This document shows positions 39,957-46,747 of a DNA stretch of 46,747 bases, piece after piece; position 1 is the stretch's first letter, and each line of letters opens with the position of its first letter. Origin of the DNA: Thermoplasmatota archaeon (lineage in GTDB: Archaea > Thermoplasmatota > Penumbrarchaeia > Penumbrarchaeales > Penumbrarchaeaceae). The stretch spans positions 1-46,747 of the forward strand of contig JARVGK010000023.1 of assembly GCA_029762535.1 (NCBI GenBank), read 5' to 3'. Both the position numbers and the translations under genes were made by a program. The notes below the pieces were generated by a model, which saw only the letters and a list, made by a program, of their open reading frames with translations, had not been told where the DNA came from and searched no databases.

Positions 39957-42050
39957 ATGGAGGGATCCATCCATCGAATGTTCCCGTATCGGATAAGACC
40001 CGTTCAGGAGGCCATCGTCCGTTCCGTAAAGACCGCTATCAGGACCGGTGGGCATGTCGTCATAGAGGCGGGGACGGGCTCGGGCAAGACCGTATCCGCC
40101 CTGGTACCGGCCCTGCACAGGGCGGTCCAGGACGGAAAGAGGATACTGTACCTAACGAGGACTAACTCCCAGCAGGTTCAGGTCGTCAAGGAGTTCAGAG
40201 CGATAAGGAATTTATACCCCCCTTCTGAGAACGATGCCGTTGGTCCGCCGCCTGAACTACTGGAGAGTATACTTTCGGATATCAATGGTGATGATCCCGA
40301 TGTCGAAAGAGAGGAACATGTCCCGAATACGATCTCATGCGCCCCCATACAGGGCAGATCGGGCATGTGCCCGATGATGTCGGATGACCCGGAGCTGATG
40401 ACAGGGACCCCTGATGAACTGTCCCGGCTCTGCTCGGAGATGAAGAGGAATTCTCTTCTTAGGGTGTCGGGGAAGCCCACTTCCGGGACAGAATGCAGGT
40501 TCTATGCGGGGTTCCTTCTGGATGACGGCAAGGCCGCCTGCGACTGGGCAGTATCCGAAATGCCCACTGCGGAGGAGCTCTCGAGGCACTGCATTTCCGA
40601 GGGGACATGTCCATACGAGGTGAACAAGGCCCTGGCCAGGCGAAGCGTTTTGGTCTGCGCCCCCTACATATTCTTCTTCCACCCTTTTATCAGAAAGAAC
40701 ATGCTGGATTGGATGGGCTGTTCACCGAAAGACCTCATCGTCATAGTCGATGAGGCGCATAATCTGGCCTCGTTCATAAGGGACATGGGTTCCATGGTCC
40801 TGACCACGAACACGATAAGGCTTGCGATGATGGAGCTCGAATCATGCGGGGATCGGCAGGCCGCCGGCAAGAGCGTATCCTCCTTCCTGTCCGCGCTCCT
40901 CGCTTCCCTGGAATCGATCGGCCTAGAACACCTCATCGACGAGGACGGCCTCGTTCCCCCGACATCGCTTTGCGATGAGATGATGATCAAGCTCTCCACG
41001 AACTCGGCCCGCCTCGACGCGATCGCGGGGGAGGCGGCCCTGATGGGTGAGGAGCTGCGGGAGATGAGGAAGGCCTCCGGCAAGCTGCCGAGATCGCACA
41101 TACTCACCTGTGCCAATTTCTACAGGACATGGAACAATCTGGAGTTCGACCTCTACACCCCCTTGATAGTGAAAGGCCGTAGAGAGGGCGATCTCTCCCT
41201 CGAGGCCTTCGCCCTTGACCCCAAGGTCATGACGCACGTGCTAGGCGATGTTCACGTGTCGATACACATGTCAGGGACCCTGTCCCCTCTCGAGGAGTAC
41301 AGGGATTCCATCGGGCTGCCGGAGAACGCCGTTCTGCTCCGGCTTCCCCCGCCCTTTCCCTTGTCCAACAGGCTGATGCTGTACGACCCTGAGCTGTCGA
41401 CGAACCACGAGAGGCTAATGAGGGAGCCCGAGACAGTTGTGAGGATCAGGGAGAGGATACTATCGCTCCTTGAGAGGGCCAGGGGTCGGAGCGTTGCCGT
41501 TTTCTTCCCCTCCTTCGCTCTGATGAGGTCCGTTCTGGGCAACGAGGAGCTGGAGGACGGCTTAGATCTTCCTGTCACATTGACCCTGGATCGCCCATTG
41601 TTCATAGAGAAGAGGGGATCGCCCCAGAACGAGGTCATGGAGCTTGTGGACGAGTTCAAGGCCACGCAGGGGAGCGCCCTCTTCTCTGTGATAGGCGGAA
41701 GGCTCTCCGAAGGCCTGGACTATCCGGGGGAGTGCCTCGAGATGGTCATCGTTGTCGGGATCCCCTACCCGAAGCCCAATGCCAGGCAGAGGGCCATATG
41801 CTCCTATTACGACATATTGTTCAGAAAGGGTTGGGAATACACCGTTCACGCCCCTGCCGCGAGGAAGATGCTCCAGAGCGTTGGAAGGATGATAAGGAGC
41901 GGCTCGGATAGGGGGGTGGGGTTCATAATCGACAGAAGGGCGATTCATTTCACTGAGCAGATCCCGGACATGCGGGTCGCCTACCCGGACGGTTCGGACG
42001 TTTCGGCCTTTTTCTCAAACGGCTCGAACCACTCCGCAAACGTGAAATAG
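39957..42050 (+). CDS. xpd: XPD/Rad3/DinG-family Fe-S DNA helicase
   Basis: Q motif FPYRIRPVQ, Walker A EAGTGSGKT, RTNSQ, four Cys (GMCP, LCSE, ECRFY, TCPYE), DEAH, MSGTLSP, FFPSF, LSEGLDY, QSVGRMIRS..DRG. Confidence 0.9.
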   Translation: MEGSIHRMFPYRIRPVQEAIVRSVKTAIRTGGHVVIEAGTGSGKTVSALVPALHRAVQDGKRILYLTRTNSQQVQVVKEFRAIRNLYPPSENDAVGPPPELLESILSDINGDDPDVEREEHVPNTISCAPIQGRSGMCPMMSDDPELMTGTPDELSRLCSEMKRNSLLRVSGKPTSGTECRFYAGFLLDDGKAACDWAVSEMPTAEELSRHCISEGTCPYEVNKALARRSVLVCAPYIFFFHPFIRKNMLDWMGCSPKDLIVIVDEAHNLASFIRDMGSMVLTTNTIRLAMMELESCGDRQAAGKSVSSFLSALLASLESIGLEHLIDEDGLVPPTSLCDEMMIKLSTNSARLDAIAGEAALMGEELREMRKASGKLPRSHILTCANFYRTWNNLEFDLYTPLIVKGRREGDLSLEAFALDPKVMTHVLGDVHVSIHMSGTLSPLEEYRDSIGLPENAVLLRLPPPFPLSNRLMLYDPELSTNHERLMREPETVVRIRERILSLLERARGRSVAVFFPSFALMRSVLGNEELEDGLDLPVTLTLDRPLFIEKRGSPQNEVMELVDEFKATQGSALFSVIGGRLSEGLDYPGECLEMVIVVGIPYPKPNARQRAICSYYDILFRKGWEYTVHAPAARKMLQSVGRMIRSGSDRGVGFIIDRRAIHFTEQIPDMRVAYPDGSDVSAFFSNGSNHSANVK

Positions 42051-42083
42051 TCCTTTCCGGCTCCATTACACCCTGGACATGGA

Positions 42084-43703
42084 TTGGAGCTGGTCCTGTT
42101 GGCGTCATCCGGCAAGAGGTCTTCAAGGGGCAGGAAGAAGAAACCTGCGGTCATCGTCGAGGAAGAGGCCGACGATGAGCTTGTGGAATGGGACGCTGTG
42201 GAATGGTCCGAGATCGAAACCCCAAGCGACGAGTCGGTTTTCCCCGAGGGCAGGACCGAGGCGATCCTCAAGGAGATGCTGAAGAAGGCATGGGAGGACG
42301 GCGAGATCACGGATGACGAGATGGCCCTCCTGAAGACATTTCGGGAGAACCTCGGCATGGACGAGGATAGGTTCAAGGCCATTCTTGAGGAGACTATGCC
42401 CGAGGAGGTTGACGTCCCGGAGGCGGAGGAGCTTCCCGATGAGGACCTGTCCTGGGAGGATGAAGTGCCCTGCCCCTCCGATGGGGGTGAAAGAGGATGC
42501 GAGGTCCTCGTTAAGGATGAGGATGCGGGTTCCGCCCTCCCCATGGATGAGAACTTGGACCGGTCCGGACCATCGATGATCACCTTGACGAGCACCATCA
42601 GGGACGGGGTCAACCCCCTCTCGACCTCTTTCGATCTGGAAAAGCCCGTGTCCGACCAGAGGACCAGATGTCCCACGTGCAGATCGCTGGTGAGGTTCGA
42701 CCCGTCATCCGGCAAGGACCGATGCCCCGTATGCGGGAACAGGATCTCGCGATCGGAGTGCTCCGGGGAGGTTCGGGCGCTTATAGATAGGGCCCGCCAG
42801 TCCCAAAAATCCGGGGACCTGCTGGGGGCAAAAGGCATTCTGCAGGACGTGATCGTGAAGGAACCTGGTAACAAGGAGGCGCAGTTCTTCCTGCAGAGGG
42901 TGAACCATGCCCTATCCAGCAAGGGGCTGGGCGGGACCCGGCCAACGACCCTTGATCCCAGGGAACTCTCCTCCTTCGGGACCGGAGTACCACGCCTGGA
43001 CCAGCTGATCAGGGGGGGAATACCCGTCGGGTCGCAGGTCCTATTGAAGGGGCCGGCCTTCTGCGGAAAGGAGGTGCTTATCGAGCACATGGTATCCTCC
43101 GCGCTTCGCTCCGGATTCCCTCTCATATACGTCTCATCCAACAGGGCGATGAAGGACGTTCTCAAAGGGATCCTGAGGCGAACCCCAGATTTCAAGAACT
43201 TCAACCGGGACGGCAGGGTGAGGATGTACGATCTGTTCACCCGGCAGGAGGGGCAGCAGGTCCTCAGAGATGGGCACAGGCTGTTCAATCTCGAACACGA
43301 GGGGGATTTCAAGAAGTTCCATGAGGACCTCCTATTCGTTCAGGAGGAGCTTGTCAAGGAGTTCGGCGGTGGGCTGATGGTCATCAATTCGCTCTCTCCC
43401 ATCCTCAACCATATCCCGGAGATATCCGTTCAGAAGCTGATCCAGACCATTCTGGCCAGATCGAAGGGGTACAGGTTCACGAACGTCTTTGACATAGCCT
43501 CCGGGATCCATTCGGAGTCCACGGTCAATTCCATAGAGTACCTGATGGACGGGATCATCGATCTCAGGGAGATCGACAACAGGAGGTCTTTGAGGATCAG
43601 GGGCCTGTCCCAGGGCGTTCTAACCAGGGACTGGGTGGATTATTCCTACTCCGAGCGCGGGATCGATCTCTTCGGATCCTTCTCCGAGGAGAGGATAGTC
43701 TGA
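42084..43703 (+). CDS. RAD55/KaiC-family ATPase with N-terminal helical domain, Zn ribbon and TPR-like segment
   Basis: TGVPRLDQLIRGGIP.GS.VLLKGPAFCGKE; VINSLS; EYLMDGIIDL; CPTC...CPVC; AWEDGEITDDEMALL; start may be 42099. Confidence 0.8.
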   Translation: MELVLLASSGKRSSRGRKKKPAVIVEEEADDELVEWDAVEWSEIETPSDESVFPEGRTEAILKEMLKKAWEDGEITDDEMALLKTFRENLGMDEDRFKAILEETMPEEVDVPEAEELPDEDLSWEDEVPCPSDGGERGCEVLVKDEDAGSALPMDENLDRSGPSMITLTSTIRDGVNPLSTSFDLEKPVSDQRTRCPTCRSLVRFDPSSGKDRCPVCGNRISRSECSGEVRALIDRARQSQKSGDLLGAKGILQDVIVKEPGNKEAQFFLQRVNHALSSKGLGGTRPTTLDPRELSSFGTGVPRLDQLIRGGIPVGSQVLLKGPAFCGKEVLIEHMVSSALRSGFPLIYVSSNRAMKDVLKGILRRTPDFKNFNRDGRVRMYDLFTRQEGQQVLRDGHRLFNLEHEGDFKKFHEDLLFVQEELVKEFGGGLMVINSLSPILNHIPEISVQKLIQTILARSKGYRFTNVFDIASGIHSESTVNSIEYLMDGIIDLREIDNRRSLRIRGLSQGVLTRDWVDYSYSERGIDLFGSFSEERIV

Positions 43704-43763
43704 AGTTCATATGAACCAATTCAATTTAAATATCTCCTTTTCACTTATAGCATAGTATTCCAT

Positions 43764-44669
43764 TTGATTGGAGGTGATATTTCGGCATACAAGGAATCGA
43801 ATCCTGGGGTATCACATATCATCGTATTCATAATATTTATCGGGATTCTCGGGTTCATCCATCTTCTTTTCGTTTCCGTATGTGTCAACCTGTTCATGGA
43901 ATTGATGAACGAATCCAGTGGTGAGGGTGTCGGCCTGATGGCATCGGTCTTTGGCATTTATTTCCTTCTTCCCAAAGCCTATCTGTTCATGATCGTCGCC
44001 TTCGGTATCGCCATGTACAGAAGGAGCGTTTACGGTAAGAAGCATGAGAAAGCCACCCTTGCAGCGCTTTTGATCGCGATACTGGGCACGATCACACCGG
44101 TTTTTCTGTTCATATTGAGTTTCATATTCGATAGAGGATATCTGTCGGGGCCATTTTTTCTTCATTCCATCTTTGTGGCCGTTATAGTTGCGTTGTATCT
44201 GTATATAAAGGACTTCGGTTCAAGGATGGAGGCCGGAATAGGCCTTGCAACCTATGCAGTCGGAAGCCTGATGCTCGTTTTGATCGAGACCTTCATCCTG
44301 TATGTAGAGGGGGATGTCTCTCCGGGTTTGATGAAAGCCCTCTCCGCTCTATCGATCCCATGGGCGATCATGCTCGTCGTCGGATTGGTATTCGTTCTTC
44401 TGGCATACATCAAGGGGCTCTCGTATGTGAAGGCTCATAAACCCAAGATCGATGATCAGCAGGCCGAGCAGATAAGCATCCAGAGGGAGCAGTTCGTGAT
44501 GCAGAAAGAGCAGCTTGAGATGCAGAGGCAGCAGATCGAGCTCCTGGAAAGGACGGTATCGATGTTGACCGAGATGAGGACGGACCTTATCGAAGCCGGC
44601 ACGGATCAGATCCCCGACAAGGCCGTTTCAGCCGCAGAGGCCCCGCTCTCCCGAGAGGGGCCTGGTTAG
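43764..44669 (+). CDS. Multi-pass membrane protein with Gln-rich coiled-coil C-terminus
   Basis: ~6 hydrophobic helices; QQAEQISIQREQFVMQKEQLEMQRQQIELL. Confidence 0.65.
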   Translation: MIGGDISAYKESNPGVSHIIVFIIFIGILGFIHLLFVSVCVNLFMELMNESSGEGVGLMASVFGIYFLLPKAYLFMIVAFGIAMYRRSVYGKKHEKATLAALLIAILGTITPVFLFILSFIFDRGYLSGPFFLHSIFVAVIVALYLYIKDFGSRMEAGIGLATYAVGSLMLVLIETFILYVEGDVSPGLMKALSALSIPWAIMLVVGLVFVLLAYIKGLSYVKAHKPKIDDQQAEQISIQREQFVMQKEQLEMQRQQIELLERTVSMLTEMRTDLIEAGTDQIPDKAVSAAEAPLSREGPG

Positions 44670-44685
44670 AAAGATGTGATCGTAT

Positions 44686-45987
44686 ATGGCCCCTGCGTTA
44701 AAGACCGGTTTGGCCCTTATCCTGTTGATCCTATCCATGATGTTCATGGCTTTCGATTCGGAAGAGGTGATGGCCCAAAGTCCATATACCGGTTTTTTTA
44801 TCGAACTCGACCTGATGTTCAACACCCCCTATGCCGGGGAATTGGTTTTCTTCATGGGGAACGATGAAAGAGAGGACCTGAATTTGAACATGACCAGCCG
44901 GCCGGAACTTACCGGATTCGAGGACCCCAACCTCATAAAGGCGTTCGATCACCTGATCGGATCGGACCCGGATGATTTAGAATTGTTCAAAAGAGTGCTC
45001 GAAGGAAGGAATGAACCCGTTCTGGATCGGATGAACGTCAGCTATCATCATGCCGGGGGAAGAATAGGCATTTCGATCCGGAGCAACTTCACATTCGACC
45101 ACACGCTAGGAAGGGCAGAATATCGATATCTTGCATTTCTGGACCCTTTCAGGCTGCCGGCGGTGAAAAGGAACGATCCGGAATCGCTTGCGAATTACAA
45201 TAACGTCATGAAGCAATTCTTAAGGATCGAGATCAAAATAACCGTTCATCCTCCTGCGGGTGCCAATTTGGATTTTCAATGGGACGGCGCGTATCATTGG
45301 AGGACCAGAAGCACAGAGGGTTTGAGCTTTCGATCTGATCTGGTGGGATTCATGACGAACGGCCACAAGTTCACAATATCCGATGAGAGGCTGCTTTCGA
45401 CGTGGACCATGTTCTATTTCAGCATAGCATCTACCATTGCAGGGGCTATGCTAACCGGCATAGCATGTTTCAGGAAGAGGTTCAAGAGATGGGCTTTGAT
45501 CTTCCCCGCAGGGGCCTTTTTGATATTACCCGGTCCGACCCTATTCTTCCTTCGTCCATATCTTAACCCCTATGGACTTTACGATGCGGGGTTGATCATG
45601 ATGTCCGCGGTATTCATAGGATATACGATGGCCATCAACTTCGCACCTCGGGGAGAAAAGGCAGAGGAAGGGCCTATTGCAGTGGATCGGGAGAACATCC
45701 GTCATTTCAAGATGCCGAAAGTGATCTATGTCGATCGTCCCGTTTATCTAAAGGGACGAGGCGGCCCCCCGGAGGGTAATGAATACGATCCGTATGACGT
45801 TCTCGGGGTGCCCCCCTCCTCCTCTATGCGAGAGATAGAAGTGGCCTATAGAGAAAAGGTGCTGAAGTATCATCCAGATAAAGTGCATAATTCCCCGGAT
45901 TGGGTGGAGGAGGTCGCCCAGAACAGGATAAAAGACCTAAACGGGGCCTTCGAGGAGATCAAGAAAAGGAGAGAAACAAATATTTAA
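44686..45987 (+). CDS. Membrane protein with C-terminal DnaJ (J) domain
   Basis: Signal/TM at N-terminus, 3 TMs, then DPYDVLGV...EIEVAYRE.VLKYHPDKV...LNGAFEEI. Confidence 0.8.
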   Translation: MAPALKTGLALILLILSMMFMAFDSEEVMAQSPYTGFFIELDLMFNTPYAGELVFFMGNDEREDLNLNMTSRPELTGFEDPNLIKAFDHLIGSDPDDLELFKRVLEGRNEPVLDRMNVSYHHAGGRIGISIRSNFTFDHTLGRAEYRYLAFLDPFRLPAVKRNDPESLANYNNVMKQFLRIEIKITVHPPAGANLDFQWDGAYHWRTRSTEGLSFRSDLVGFMTNGHKFTISDERLLSTWTMFYFSIASTIAGAMLTGIACFRKRFKRWALIFPAGAFLILPGPTLFFLRPYLNPYGLYDAGLIMMSAVFIGYTMAINFAPRGEKAEEGPIAVDRENIRHFKMPKVIYVDRPVYLKGRGGPPEGNEYDPYDVLGVPPSSSMREIEVAYREKVLKYHPDKVHNSPDWVEEVAQNRIKDLNGAFEEIKKRRETNI

Positions 45988-46048
45988 ATCAGGTTACCGA
46001 TCCGTCCAAACAGGCATGTGCGAACAACATGGTGAAAGGGGTGATCTT

Positions 46049-46519
46049 ATGAGGATCGGGATCGTGGTATATTCGAAGACGGGGAACACGCTCTCTGCTG
46101 CAAAGGAGCTGAGGAAGGAGCTTTCGAACAGGGGGCATGACGTCTCCATCGAGAGGATAGAGACCAAGGGGGATCCCGAGAAGGATCCCAAGATAGAGCT
46201 GAAGATCGCTCCCTTGGTAGAGGGTTACGACGCCTTGATATTCGGATCCCCCGTGTGGGCCTTCAGATTGTGCCCGGTGATGAGCGTCTATCTCAAGGGG
46301 ATCCCGTCTCTTGCGGGGAGGAAGGTCGCTCTCTTCGTGACCAAGGAACTGTCTTGGAAGTGGCTCGGAGGGGGGGTTGCGATCTCCAAGATGAGGAAGC
46401 TCGTAGTGGACAAGGGGGGCAAGGTCGTCTCGTCCGGGATCATCGTCTGGAAGAAGAAAACGGGGGCATCTTCTGAGATGCCTCGTATCATAAAGGACCT
46501 GGTCGATCCGTTCGTTTGA
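46049..46519 (+). CDS. Flavodoxin-family protein
   Basis: IVVYSKTGNT, YDALIFGSPVWAF, L.GRKVALFVT; GGGGTGAT RBS before ATG at 46049. Confidence 0.85.
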   Translation: MRIGIVVYSKTGNTLSAAKELRKELSNRGHDVSIERIETKGDPEKDPKIELKIAPLVEGYDALIFGSPVWAFRLCPVMSVYLKGIPSLAGRKVALFVTKELSWKWLGGGVAISKMRKLVVDKGGKVVSSGIIVWKKKTGASSEMPRIIKDLVDPFV

Positions 46520-46604
46520 TATGTTGCGAGAGGACAAGATCCATGGCTTGCCAGCAATGTTTTTATATTCATATTTATATGTATAACATCCCCCTGGTGG
46601 GTAA

Positions 46605-46747
46605 ATGAGCAGAAGGAATTCGGGACTGTTTATAGGGATCGGATCCGTCGTGATAGTATTGCTGATGATCGCCATAGCCTACAGGGAGCCGATGGAAAGG
46701 AAGATCATCAAAGAATGGGAGGAGGATGAATATCGCTGGTTCCTTAA
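46605..46747 (+). CDS. 5' fragment of an N-terminally anchored protein (runs off window)
   Basis: MSRRNSGLFIGIGSVVIVLLMIAIAYREPMERKIIKEWEEDEYRWFL, open to the edge; TTTATA boxes and GGTGG upstream. Confidence 0.55.
   Translation, partial: MSRRNSGLFIGIGSVVIVLLMIAIAYREPMERKIIKEWEEDEYRWFL

Noticed and set aside
41981-43312. 443-aa minus-strand ORF
   Set aside because: Antisense to the RAD55-like gene; Ser-rich, no motifs.
45989-46675. 228-aa minus-strand ORF
   Set aside because: Antisense to the well-supported flavodoxin and crosses an AT-rich promoter.

Overview
Archaeal chromosomal segment with moderately high GC, most consistent with Thermoplasmatota (DUF6015-like protein, Thermoplasmata-style RAD55/KaiC ATPase, archaeal AspRS, PurP family, TATA-type promoters, tRNA without encoded CCA). 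Housekeeping genes: aspS, carA/carB with a beta-carbonic anhydrase, purP family, XPD/Rad3 helicase, protein-disulfide oxidoreductase, flavodoxin and tRNA-Val(GAC). These are mixed with many membrane-anchored surface proteins (CARDB, cadherin/Ig-like, PKD). No integrase, transposase, reverse transcriptase, cas gene or CRISPR array is visible. Most notable signals: (1) two ~110-bp structured repeats downstream of tRNA-Val, each ending in a copy of the tRNA 3' end; (2) carA has no in-frame canonical start before its conserved N-terminus and is overlapped by a 33-codon uORF in another frame; (3) a membrane-anchored multi-OB-fold protein is translationally coupled to a stand-alone TctA-family permease; (4) a MoxR-type DUF4129/DUF4350/DUF58 operon lacks MoxR and starts with a 2489-aa Ca-repeat protein whose transglutaminase catalytic Cys is replaced by Pro. 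Family assignments come from motif recognition by eye, not database searches.
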